Shown: piece after piece, positions 13,188-26,818 of the stretch
Numbering within the stretch: the first letter of the stretch is position 1
How the letters are laid out: every line of letters starts with the position of its first letter
NCBI RefSeq assembly: GCF_009914755.1
Contig: NC_060930.1
From: the human T2T-CHM13v2.0 reference genome, Homo sapiens
Strand: one strand, 5' to 3'
Length of the DNA: 64,000 nucleotides
Translations under genes and position numbers: made by a program
The notes under the pieces: model-generated
Seen by the model: the letters and a program-made list of their open reading frames with translations, nothing else
Told to the model about the DNA's origin: nothing
Databases searched by the model: none

Positions 13188-13225
13188 TTGCCCTTTGCTT
13201 CTTTGATTCTTAAAATGTGTTTCAG

Positions 13226-13416
13226 ATCTGAAAAGTCACCACTACCTCAAAAGAGAATTACAAATATTATCGAGTACCTGACATATGAAGTTTTTACATA
13301 CTCTGTCAGAGGCCTATACGAAAACCACAAATTCCTGTTTGTACTCCTCATGACCTTAAAGATTGACCTTCAGAGAGGGACAGTTAAGCACAGAGAGTTT
13401 CAAGCTCTCATTAAAG
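13226..13416 (+). CDS. DNAH8: DNAH8 exon F
   Basis: ttcag|ATCTGA ... ATTAAAG|gtaaag; 191 nt, phase 2-1; [63 protein letters not shown]. Confidence 0.95.
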
Positions 13417-14860
13417 GTAAAGTGTGTGGGATACAGATGTGGTGTGTGGAGGATGTTGCTTTTGATATGCTCTTTGATATACCATAAACCCATTTCTGTG
13501 ATACAGTAGGGAAATGATGTTCTAACGAAAGTTTAATTAAGTTTTATTTTTAATACCTTTTTTCTGTTTTTCATTCGTTTTGCCCTAGTTACTTAAGATT
13601 CAGGCCTGTGCCAACTCACCTGAATATTGGTATTATTGTAGTTATTGATATAACTACATTCAGTTTATTCACTGCTGCCCATGCCAGGAAAAGTGATACT
13701 GGTGATGGCTTTCTTTAGCAGGAGAGCCATTCCCTCAGCAAGGGAGTATAATGATTTTTCAGACTGCAAGAAAAGGCTCACTTATGTTTCATATTTGAAG
13801 TTAATCCTATTCATTGCATATCTCCATGTTAAAGGTATAATTAAGGAGACAAAGGAATGGAATTTTCATTTCAGTTTAGTTACACGAGTATTTACTGAGC
13901 ACATGTTATGTAAACCCACCACGCTAGCTTTGGGGATGTAAGAATAAACCAGATATTGCTTGAAAAGAAATAATAACCTCAGAATGGGGATAAAGATAAT
14001 TTAAAAATAACTCCAAAGTAAGGCAGAATCACCTAAGTGCTATAAGAGAGCTAAGAAACAAGTGTTGAGTCTAAAAGGAGGGAAAGATTACATGTGGTTG
14101 GTGAAATCAAAAAGTTTCTTAGAAAATATACCTTTGTGGGTTAAGCCATGAATTGGGGAACTATTTGGTACGTGGCAAAATGTTTCAATCTTTTTCTTGT
14201 GTTTTTGGCTCTTTATGTATGATTTAACCAATTATTTTCTGGCTCCCCACACCCCATAAAGAAAGTGGCATTTGAGGTGGACCCTGAAGAGGTAGAAATG
14301 AGGAAAACATTCCATGCTGAAATGGAACAGCATGAGAAAGGGAACGAGTGGAGAACATCTAAGTTGTAAGAATCAGTCTGGTTTTGTTGAAATGAAAGGT
14401 GGATATGGAGGCATACTGAGAAATAGAGCTGGACATGTAAACTGGTGACATACTGTGGAGAGCCTGGGTTCCTGTAGGAAGGATTTTCTTGATCTGGGAA
14501 GAAACAGGGAGTTGTGTAAGGTGGTGACGTGATTGATCATTATGGTCATTTAGGGAGGTGAACTTGGCACACGTGTAAGGATCAAAGAAAAGAGGTTCAA
14601 GGGAGTCTCTTTCAATCTTCCCAACTGCAGGAATACATTCCTAACCTAGCGTAAAGGCAATGGGAATATACAGGGAGATAAGGGTGTAGAGATTAGGGAA
14701 GTAAAATGGCAAAACCGATGCATACAAGAGCCAAGAGAGCATGCAGAAATGAGTCTATGATTTCTGGCCTATGCAGAGATTTCTGGTCTGGTGGTTGGAA
14801 GAGGAGTTGGTTTGAGGAGGGTTGGAGTGGGGGATTGCTGGATGTGATTTTAGGACCTGT

Positions 14861-15220
14861 TTAGTCAGAATCAGAATAGGCCAGGTTTTGCTGCCATAAA
14901 AACAATCTCAAAATTTCAGTGACTTAACACAACCAAGGTGTACTTCTCATTCATGTTACCTCTCCAACGTGCTGTTATAGTCACTCAGAAATCCACATTG
15001 CTTCCATAACTACTATGGCAGAGGGGCAAGGATGTGGCAGACTGTGCACTGGCTCTTAAAAGTTACCCCACAAGTGACACATGTCACTTACGCTCCTATT
15101 TCCTTAGCCAAAGCCAGACACACAGCCACATCTCACTTCAAAAAGAGCAGGGAAATGCAGTTCCCCATGTGTTTGAAAGGCGGGGAAACAGTTTGTGACC
15201 AGCTCTTATGACTACAGACA
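14861..15220. mobile_element. MaLR LTR fragment (MLT1J/K-like) within L2-derived sequence
   Basis: ttttgctgccataaaaacaatctcaaaatttcagtgacttaacacaaccaaggtgtacttctcattcatg is a typical MLT1 end. Confidence 0.55.
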
Positions 15221-15263
15221 TGAAATTTGAGCTATCCAGAAAACAATTAGAAAAGATAACCTA

Positions 15264-15603
<340 letters not shown>

Positions 15604-16280
15604 TTACAAAGATGGGGTACAGAAATAACAGCCAAAGCCATGGGAATGAAAGCTAATCTAGGGAAAAAATGTGGAGTATTTCTAACCCACAAGGTGATAG
15701 GACCTGCTATACTTTTGTCCTCTGCAGCCTATTTATAATAAACGGGCAGTCACCGATAACTTCTTACTCTTTCTCTACTTCATTTAATTCCTTCCTCAGA
15801 TTCAGGTTAGATTACCACTGTGGAAACTTCGCAAACTATTTTGCATCATCTCTGAAATCTCTTCTTTGTGCCTTTTTCATGAACACAGGTTTTATTTCTG
15901 GTAGTTCCAAGGAAGTTGAAATGTATCATGTGGTTCATATTTTTTTCACAGGTCTAATGCACTTATGGAAGTTGGTTTTTTAAGGCAGTGTGGTGTGGTA
16001 CAATGAACACTATCTAGGGTGGGGAGGAGGCACTGCAGAGAGTGTCAAGATGTATGAGGTTTTGGTCTTGGGGATGCTTAAGTAAAGTAAGTGAATTTAC
16101 CCAATCTGGAAACCTATTTTACCTCATTTCAAAAATCTTTAAGCCCTCACTTGGACTTGGGCTGCAGCCCTGGTATTGTATGATGCTGAGCAGGGGGGTA
16201 GGGGGCATTGAAGCGTGCTGAAATCCAGGCAGCAGTGGCAGCAAAATGACCCCCACAATCTGGGGAAGCCTCATATCTAT

Positions 16281-16653
16281 GCACCATGGTCTGAATGTTT
16301 GTGTCCCCTCAAACTTCATCTGTTGAAATCTTACCCCACCCCCTCCAAGGTGATGGTATTAGCATGTGAGGCCTTTGGAAGGTGATTAGGTCATGAGGGT
16401 AGAGCTCTCGTGAATGGGGTTAGTGCCTTTATGAAAGAGGCCTGAGGGAGCTCACTCCCCCTCCCACCATGTCAGGACACCATGAAAGGAGCCATCTATG
16501 CACCAGGAAATGGGCCCTCACCAGACGTTGAATTCATCAGGGTCTTGATCTTGGACTCCCCAGCCTCCAGAGCTGTGAGAAATAAAAATTTCTGTTGTTT
16601 CTAAGCCACCCAGCGTATGGTATTTGGTGATAGTGGCTGAATGGACAAAGATA
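16281..16653 (+). mobile_element. MaLR solo LTR (MLT1A/MST-like)
   Basis: atggtctgaatgtttgtgtcccctcaaacttcatctgttgaaatc...ttggactccccagcctccagagctgtgagaaataaa...tatggtatttggtgatag. Confidence 0.85.
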
Positions 16654-19384
16654 CCGTGCAATACGAGTGGAGGAGAAGTATACTTTTGAATCTTTCCTTA
16701 CTGGTGAGCTGGCTTTGCTTCCTCAATGCCATCTGCTAATATGACCCCTGAGAAGGAGGCACATATGACATAGAAAGGAAGAAGTGGGAAACCTGGTGCC
16801 TGGGTCCACAGTGGATGGTGGGAAGGAAAAAGGAGGTCAGAGGTAGAAAGAGGAGGTCAGGTGCAAAGATCCTCATCTCTTCCTTGCCTCCTGAGGGAGC
16901 TGAGAAGGGGAGAGTGCCGGAGAAACTCCCAGATAGGAGATGCCCCTGCATTCTGCCCAGTGTCACACCCACCATGGAAGCAGGGGAATGGCTGGATGGG
17001 TGAGCCTGAGGTTTGGCTGGCACGCAGCAGAGACTGGAGGTCAAACCAAAAAGCTGTCAAGAAAGAGAACTTTGTACCTGCAGACAAAGGACCAATGCCA
17101 GGAGCTGGGGCAGTGGATTGCAGTCCAGGGCCCCAACAGATAGCATTTATCGTAGCTCATAGGATACAGTACAGGGACCTAGCCTGCACCTGAGGTGTGG
17201 GAAGCCTGGAGGGCAGCCTGCATACCTGAGGCATGCTCGATACTAAGACATAGTCCCACCCCGTCTCACCTCTCCCACCTACCAACCAGGCAGACCAGAG
17301 CTACTACCTGAAAGAGACTGGGTTATTTGAAAGAGGGTGGGTAAACCAGAGGAGACTGAGAAACACGGCAACACAGTGGGGAGGGAATTCATCAGGGAGG
17401 ATTAGATTTGTTACAGAAAAATAAAGAAGGCTGAACACATGGGTTGTGGTGTGAGCACATTTGTGACCCCATTTCATGAAATTGGAGTCAGGGAGAACTA
17501 TACTGTATAGGGCCAGGAGAGTCAGTGAGAGGAGTTTGGATTTAATTTAGTTGGCAATAGGGAGCCATCGAATGTTTTATGAGCAGGGATGTGGCATGAA
17601 CAGAACAGTGCTTTAAGAAGATTAATTTGGGATTTTATGATAGGTTGATTGACAGCAGTACAATTGGCTTAGCAATAAAGGAGTTTTTCTTTTTAAACAA
17701 AACATAACATTTGTTTTAGTTTTGAACTGGCTTACATTTTGACTGAATTATCTTTAAAAGATGGTATGACTTTGTTTTTAATGTTTCTTTACAAAGTTAA
17801 CAAATATGATCCTTAGATCACAGATACTTTTAAAAAATCATTTTGAACTCAATACTTAAGGGGGAGAGTGGAAGAGTTATTTATCCTAGCAGAAATGTTT
17901 GATTTCCCAAGAGTGACAGGTTTTTTTTGTTTGTTTCAATTACTACTTGCTTTCTGCAATATTTGCAAGGTGCCTTTGACTTTCTTCTTCAACCAAAAAT
18001 GTCAGAACACTTTGAAAAATGAAATGGATACCAGGCGCAATCCTGCATTATAGAGCAATGGACTTATCTTTCTTCCCTGTCTGGTTATTTTAGAAAGATA
18101 TTATCTTTCTTTTGTCATAGACTCTGTACAAAAAGACACCTTAGGGGGTCTTTTCTTGCCTTCCAAACTGGACTGAACCTGGGCCTTCCAAGCGGGGAAA
18201 GAAAAAGAGAGAGAGAAAGAATGTCAGAACAAGAGCTAATGATTACATAGCTCTTATTATTATTCTATACTGTTCTAGGTACATTAATGTATTTAACCTT
18301 CACAGCAGCCAATCTGGTAGATTCTATCAGACATCCACTTGGCAGATGAGGAAACTGAGAGGGATTCATGTTTTTTTGTTCAAGTTTATGCAGCTAACAA
18401 GCGGCAGAGCCAGGATATTTTGGGGGAATAGGAAGGGCTGTCATTGTTCTGGGTTAGTTTAGGAAACACAAAGGTAGCTTAGATTTCTTCTCCTGGTGTC
18501 TCTAAAGCTCAGGATTACATGAAAACATTTCTTTGGAAACAACCAAGAAGAAAAGGGGTGAGTTTGTCTCTGTGCCAGGCCTGCAGGTGGCTCTCTCTAG
18601 TGGCTGCTTCTCGCACCAGTGACTCCTACATTAGCAATACTGTTGCTCCAGTGAGACCTGCTCTGTCTCCAGGTTGCAGAGGGGCCGACAGTAAGAAGAA
18701 GGTTTACACATTGTTCTAAAGGTGTTGTTGCACTCAGAGCCACAGATTCCCAAGTCCCCTGTGGTGAAGCAAATGGGTTTACATGAAAAAAGTACTTTCG
18801 TTCATACAGCTACTCAGGACGATGCTAGATGGGGAGAGCAAAGACCTGTAGTTCCCCCAAGCCCCTTTTTGGTCCATGAGTTGATTTGTGAACTGGAAGG
18901 AATGATGAGTTCTTAAGGAAGATGATAAGATTTAAAAGTTAAAGAATCACTGCTTTGCATGCATCTGAATTAAACAACAGTGGAGCTGGAATTATTATGA
19001 TACATTACTAAAGACATGCAATAGAGGAATTTTTAAATTGTAAATATCATCATGTATTTCATTGGAAAATGCTGGGTATGCCCATTTGGCCTGAGATATG
19101 CTTCAGAATATGATCAATGCTGTAACTCATTCTCCACTGGACTCAAGCTCTGTAAAAGCAAGGGCCTGGTTGGGTTTTCTGTGCTATATCCCCCAGTGTC
19201 TGGAACATGTCAAACACCTGGAGGGCGCTCAATAAATATTTGTTCAATCAATGAATGGATAAATGATTTAAATATTACTCATCCACTAAAAAACCCATAG
19301 ATCTATTATATCATTTCCTCCTTCACTTCCTTCTTTATTCCCCCCCTCTTTTTATCCCTGGCCTATGTTTCTCCCACCCTCCTT

Positions 19385-19465
19385 CCTTAACCCTAACCCC
19401 AACCTTAACCCTAACCCTAACCCTAACCCTAACCCTAACCCTAACCTTAACCCCAACCCTAACCC
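19385..19465 (-). repeat. Short interstitial telomeric sequence, (TTAGGG)n on the minus strand
   Basis: 13 in-phase hexamers: 8 CCCTAA (6 consecutive, 19409-19444), 3 CCTTAA, 2 CCCCAA. Confidence 0.95.
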
Positions 19466-19903
19466 ATCCATGTCTTTATCTATCTGTTTGACCTGGTAAC
19501 AAGTAGTTTTTAATGGCAAGCTTCTGGAGGAGTAATGACTAAGAAGTGATATTTAAAATCCACACATGGAAAGATCAACATATTCATTGATATCAAAATT
19601 ATAAGTTTTAGGTTGTTAAAAAATAAAAAGCAAACAAATATAATCACTTGAGAAAAATTCTTTGCAGGGAAAAATGACAGAGTTGTTATTTATACCTTAT
19701 AAGATGGTATAAATCAGTAAATAAAACACTAAGACTTGAAGGAAATGTACCAAAAAACCCTCACATTTTCTGTAATATTATTATTTTCCAATTTTCCTAT
19801 ATTTTCAGTAATGTGGCTATTTTGCTTTTATTATTTGGAAAGTACATTTCTAGAAGTGAAGTACAGGCTTACCCAATTCACCCTGTCTGACGCTCTTCCC
19901 CAG

Positions 19904-20025
19904 GGGGAGCAGCTCTGGACCTGAAAGCCTGTCCTCCCAAACCCTATCGCTGGATCCTTGACATGACTTGGCTGAATCTTGTGGAGCTGAGTAAACTTCC
20001 ACAATTTGCAGAAATTATGAACCAG
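19904..20025 (+). CDS. DNAH8: DNAH8 exon G
   Basis: cccag|GGGGAGCA ... AACCAG|gtaata; 122 nt, phase 1-0; [41 protein letters not shown]. Confidence 0.94.
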
Positions 20026-20965
20026 GTAATACAATAAAGGGCTGGTTGAAAGTGCAGATCTGCAAACCCAAACATACCTGGGCCGCTTAAACTGGGGCTT
20101 CCTGGCAGCAATTCCTTCACCCAAAAAAGTCAACCCAATAGTTTGGATTTGAGGCTCTGTGGCTGTCTGGGAGAGATCTTGGACAGATGGACCTCAGGGT
20201 TAACCTCTTCATAGTTGCAGGCAACTATGTTTTCCTCCTGTGTGGTGGGCATGGGTCATTTTTGTATGCCTGTTAGAGTTGCTGCTGGAATCAGAACCAG
20301 TAGATGGACCCTTTTATTGTAGACGACTCATGCTTTTACACTTTAACTTCTGCCTATGATTAAGTGATTTGTACAGATTTGAATGTGAGTCAAATTAAGA
20401 GGTTGAGGTCCCTCTAAAAAATTAATTATTTTAGTGGTGAAATATAATGGTGAAAATGGAGAAATAGGTACCGATTTGCTTGTTGTTTTTTTCTTATTTG
20501 AAAATGTACATTGATTACTGTGGATTAATTGTTGAGTCAATTGTTACTGGAAAACAATCATGAGACTCAGAATAAAGATAGCTGTTTCTTACTGGGTTCT
20601 GTTGGCTGCAACTGCCTGTCACTAATGGAGCCTGCAGTTTCCCAGTGTCAGATGCCAATAATCATCTCTTTTCTATGGCTGCTAGTGACTGACAGATGGG
20701 GCCATAGGTAGACTGCAGGTTGTCAGAGCCTCATGCTGTAATCACCAATCCCCTGCCCAACATACTGTGTTAGCTGCCTCTGTTTGTTTAGTGGCATTTC
20801 TGAAACATTGTGTAGACTCTACCTATTCAGCCTGGTTGGGTCTGAGTCAATTGGATAAACTCTCTGGGTTCCATCTGTGGATAGACAGTGAGCTTTGTTT
20901 TGTAGTACAACCACAGATGAGTCCTCCAAGCCCAAACAAATGCTTGGAAAAAGAAAGTGATCTTG

Positions 20966-21284
<319 letters not shown>

Positions 21285-22110
21285 TCAGAGATTGGGTAAG
21301 GGAGATAGTCAAGAACCACTGGAAAAATCACTTGAAGCCCACGCCCTCTAATGATGGTTTATATTGATACAAGGATATTTATTATTGTTTGCCTCTGCCA
21401 ACTAGGTTTTAACTACTCATGAGGTAGAATATAGTAGCTATTACTGCTTACTATGGGATAGGTACTTTGCAACAATAACCCTGCCACAGAAGGGCAGAGT
21501 TATTGACCCTAATTTATAGATGAGATAACAGAGATTCAAAGAGTTAGTTAAGTACTTGCCCAAGAGCCCATTGCCAATAAGTGGCAAAGCTCATGCTCTT
21601 CCCATGCCATCATGAGTTATTTCTCTCCCACTCCTCTTACACCACCGATTGGGCCAGAAGTGGGGTGAGGGGCAGTTCTCAGGAAGGTTGCAAAAGTTCA
21701 GCGGAGACCTGCAGTCAGGTGGCCATCAGTCTGGCCTGCCTGTGGGAAGGAAGGGAGGAAGCAGAAGATCAATCTCCCAGCTGAGTGGATGTCAGGAACT
21801 GAAATATAATAGAGCAGCTGCCCTGACCTTGGCATCCCAGGCCAAGGGTCAGGAAAAGGAATGAGAAATGGAGATGGACATCCAGAGGCTGGAAGTCATC
21901 TTATCACCTATCATGGCTGCAGCTCACTTTGAAGCTCTACTGTGGTCAAGTCAAAATTAGCAGGTGGAAAGTCAGTAGGTGAAGAATAGTCATCCGCTTT
22001 CTTCCTGTGCCTCAGCTGCAGATGTGGAGGAGGCCTGTGGGGGACACTGTGGGCAGGGGCAAGGTAGGGCTCGCAACACCCAGGCCCTGGCATGCAGGCA
22101 TCTTCTTTGA

Positions 22111-22485
<375 letters not shown>

Positions 22486-22752
22486 AGAAATCCCCTTCAT
22501 CTTTTAGTGCCCCAGGGACAAAGTGGGAGCAACTGAGTTGCAGAATAACTGTTCTGTTATTAATTTATACTCTATCTGTATCCTGTATGATGAATTGTTC
22601 ACACCACAGATATGAGACTTTGGACAGTTATTTAACCTCTCTATGCCTCAATAAAAAGTAGGGGTCATAGAGGAAAAAGTGTAATCCTCAGGTCTGGCAT
22701 AGGGCATCTGCTATGTGAGCCTTTGCTATTTGCTATTACTGCTTACTGTGGC

Positions 22753-23107
<355 letters not shown>

Positions 23108-23407
23108 TAACCCAGCCTGATTGTTGCTGAAGAGCAGGGATAGGCTCAATAATCTATAGTTTTCGTACTTAGTCTTGATGGAACTTGGGCGTCAGTGAGC
23201 ACCTTTTAATGCCTCTGAAAACCTGAAGTCCTTTTCATGCTTCTGAACAATATTTAAGACCAGCTGTTGGAGAGACTCCTTTCGTTATTAGGCTTTAGGT
23301 CTCAAGGTGGGGGATCACTAGGAAAATAAAAGTTTTGATTTTGTCATCTATCATTATTTTTAAGTAGAGATCAACATTTAGAGGTTGGGTTATCAGAATG
23401 GTCTGTC

Positions 23408-23615
23408 AGTGGTTCTCAACTGAGGGTAATCTACCCACCCCCAGGGGCATTTGGCTGTGTCTGGAGACATTTTTGATTGTTAGGACCCGGGTGGAGGGTG
23501 CTACTGGCATCTAGTGGATAGGGACGCTGCTAAACATCCTACAATGCCCAGGACAGCACCCCCCACAAAAAAAATTCAGATCCAAATGACAGTAATACCA
23601 AGCTTGAGAAACCTT
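23408..23615. mobile_element. MER20 (hAT-Charlie DNA transposon)
   Basis: cagtggttctcaac...ccaggggcatttggctgtgtctggagacatttttgattgt...gctactggcatctagtgg...gagaaaccttg. Confidence 0.85.
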
Positions 23616-23889
23616 GATTTGTGTTTCTTCTGGCCCAATCATTTGGTGCAGTTGACACACGATCCTAATTGTAGCGAATAATGTAGAAAAATAATGGAAG
23701 AACTGGAAGGGAATAGTAATATCCAAGTTATTCAAGTCATTGATCCTGAAGAAAGGTTTAAACTGTGCTGTTATGCTTGAAAAATTATCTGCCTGTAAAG
23801 AATGACCCTCTCAGGTGATTCAGAATCCTTTGTAATATATTCCACTTACATATAGTTCTGTGGCTTGCTAATTGGCTTGCTTCTTTTAG

Positions 23890-24008
23890 ATATCTCGTAA
23901 TGAGAAGGGGTGGAAAAGCTGGTTTGATAAAGATGCTCCAGAGGAGGAAATTATCCCTGATGGATATAATGATTCACTAGATACCTGCCATAAACTTTTA
24001 CTTATCAG
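23890..24008 (+). CDS. DNAH8: DNAH8 exon H
   Basis: tttag|ATATCT ... ATCAG|gtgaga; 119 nt, phase 0-2; [40 protein letters not shown]. Confidence 0.94.
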
Positions 24009-24100
24009 GTGAGAACAGGCATTATCAGACCTAGAAGCATCACTCATAATATTGCTAAATTACAGATTTTATCTCAGTGAGTTTACTTCACTATATCACT

Positions 24101-24149
24101 GTCATTGAAAGTAACGGCAAAAACCGCAATTACTTTTGTGCCAACCTAA
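24101..24149. mobile_element. MADE1 / Hsmar1 terminal inverted repeat (TIR) half element
   Basis: ggcaaaaaccgcaattacttttgtgccaacctaa-ta matches the Hsmar1 TIR followed by TA. Confidence 0.85.
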
Positions 24150-24613
24150 TATTATAAGAAATGTATGTACTTCCAAATTATGGTTTTGGATAGCAGTTCT
24201 TCAGTTCCTTGACAAGCAAAATAAAATGGTGATGGTGACAGGGAATGATGTATTTTGACAACGTATTAATGATAGTGCTTTTAGCAAAAAGCGTGAAAAA
24301 TATGCTTTTAATATTCACTTTGTTCATGATTTACCATTGAGTGTAAATCAGTTATTGTTGAATTTATTTCTTTAAAAAAACAGACCTCACAAAGTTACAA
24401 GACAATTAGCTTATAAGCTAAAGTTAAATTGCATTCGAGAAAAAAACCCAATAATATTGCACTGAATTTGAAATATATAAATGCTACTTTTGGCTATAAA
24501 ATGGAAACAAAAGTTTGAAATTGATGTTAAAGAAGAAAATCGCCCTCTCTTTTCACTGTTTACATTTTCTCAGTATCCAGTAACTCAGAGACCTTCCACA
24601 TTGAAAAAAATCA

Positions 24614-24624
24614 GTGTGTGTGTC

Positions 24625-24656
<32 letters not shown>
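24614..24656. repeat. (TG)n microsatellite
   Basis: Interrupted TG run. Confidence 0.93.
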
Positions 24657-24658
<2 letters not shown>

Positions 24659-24877
24659 TATGGTGGATGGGTAAGGCAGAGGAGTAAAGCAGGGGAGATG
24701 AGACCCCCACATGAAAAATGAGAGGTAGAGTTATTTTGAAGCAATTTTTTCTTTTCTAATGTTATACACCTAAGTTTCCACTTCTTAGAAAAAGCTGTTT
24801 CTTAGATATTGTCACCCTTCAAGAGTGACCAGAACAACGCTAATGTTGACCTCATAGTCCGCAGAGTATGAAAAGGC

Positions 24878-25171
24878 TTTTTTTTTTTTTGAGACAGAGT
24901 CTCACTCTGTCACCCAGGCTGGAGTGCAGTGGCATGATCTTGGCTCACTGTAAGCTCCGCCTCCCGGGTTCACTCCAGTCTCCTGCCTCAGCCTCCTGAG
25001 TAGCTGGGACTACAGGCGCCTGCCACCACGCCCGGCTAATTTTTTGTATTTTTAGTAGAGATGGGGTTTCACTGTGTTAGTCAGGATGGTCTCGATCTCC
25101 TAACCTCGTGATCTGCCAGCCTTGGCCTTCCAAAGTGCTGGGATTACAAGCATGAGCCACCGTGCCTGGCC
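24878..25171 (-). mobile_element. AluY-like
   Basis: aagctccgcctcccgggttcac...gtgttagtcaggatggtctcgatctcc (AluY-diagnostic positions). Confidence 0.9.
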
Positions 25172-25750
25172 AGGGCTACTTAGTTTTATTGGAACAAATG
25201 TGTCTTATTTTTTAATCCGTCACTTAAAAATTAGATCTATGTCAAATAGTGCAATCTAGTAGCACCAAAAAAAAAAAAGTCTGTGGGGCTTGTCTGTGCT
25301 TTACCATATCAATATTAAATGACACTTATCCAATGTGTCTGTGTGTGTAGAACTTGCTATGGTGTGCACTACACAAATGGTATGCCACAAATGCTTGCTG
25401 ACCCACTTACTTTGGGCATCTTTGGCATATTGGTTCCTCCTCTGAAAAGGCTGTGGAGCTTCAGAGTGTGTGGCAGGTCAGCCCCTACCATGTGTTGGAG
25501 CTGGTAGAGGACACTGTGTTGTTATGGGCTCTGCCCTACTTCTTGCCAATGCCTGGCTGGTACCAAAACCACACGATTAAGTTTGTGCTCATCTGTGATA
25601 GGAAACCTTGCCATTCCTCTTACTTAGATGTGGAAAAGTAGGAATTAACTTGTTGCCCTTTTGCTAATTAAATGTATGTTTTTACTTACTCAGATAGGAT
25701 AAAAATTGAACACGTTTAGTTTATTTCGCCTAACTTGTATTCATTTTTAG

Positions 25751-25953
25751 GTCTTGGTGCCCAGACCGTACTGTTTTTCAAGCAAGAAAGTATATTGCAG
25801 ATTCTTTGGAGGAGAAGTACACAGAACCAGTTATCTTAAATCTGGAGAAAACTTGGGAAGAAAGTGATACCCGGACACCTCTGATATGCTTCCTGTCCAT
25901 GGGATCTGACCCCACCAATCAAATTGATGCATTGGCCAAGAAACTGAAACTGG
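25751..25953 (+). CDS. DNAH8: DNAH8 exon I (start of AAA6)
   Basis: tttag|GTCTTGG ... AAACTGG|gtaaga; 203 nt, phase 2-1; [67 protein letters not shown]. Confidence 0.95.
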
Positions 25954-26747
25954 GTAAGACTAGCAATCTACAAAATGTAGCAACACTTCCATATTTTTTT
26001 GCCCCAAATTTTGCCTTTCGTAATTTTATAACTGATTCTTAGAAATAGATGTAAAACTGAATTCGAAAAATATTAAACTTATTCCTCTTTCATCCTTTCA
26101 TACCTCCTAAAGTGAGGGTATGATATAGGTATCTTTGTTTAGAGAAGAACATGCTCATCTAGCATATAGTGTTTTTTTTTTGATTGGTTGTGTTTTAAGT
26201 TCTAAGGAGATAGCTGTATTGCATGGATAGCTGACTAACAAGAATGAACACACAATAGCCAAAGTTTATGTTATTGCCATGTCTATATAAAATTACAGCA
26301 AAGTTTATTTTGTCACAAATTAAAAAACTATAACCATTATTGTAATGCATAGTAGTTAGGGATTAATTATTTCATTGCTTTCACTTAATAACCATTCAGT
26401 ACAGGCAGTGTGCTAGATCTGGGGAGCACAGAGATGAATACAACACAGCTGGGAAAGACAGACACGTAAACATGTAATTGAAGGCAATGTGACAACTGCA
26501 GTAAATGTTTCATAGAAGTGGCTGATCACAGGATTCAGAGCTACTCGGATTGCCTGGGGTATAGGGGAAAACATCACATTGATGATATTTGAGTAGGAAA
26601 TTAAAAAATAGATAAAATTTACCAGGTGGGGTGGTGGGAGATAGAAAGTTACTCCAGGGAGAGGAGATGGGAAAGAAGTTATAAACACAGAAGTGTTTAT
26701 AAGTGTGACTGAGTCAGTAGGATTAAAGGACAGGGATGCAGAGCACA

Positions 26748-26818
26748 TCTTGACAGGACTGAGCCATCCTGTAAGAAGGACTTTCTTGACAGGACTGAGC
26801 CATCCTGTAAGAAGGACT
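26748..26818. repeat. Two-copy tandem duplication, 36-bp period
   Basis: TCTTGACAGGACTGAGCCATCCTGTAAGAAGGACT at 26748-26782 and 26784-26818. Confidence 0.95.

Noticed and set aside
26748-26818. CRISPR-like 36-bp hairpin repeat
   Set aside because: Only two adjacent copies, no spacers, no cas genes, and a primate intron context.
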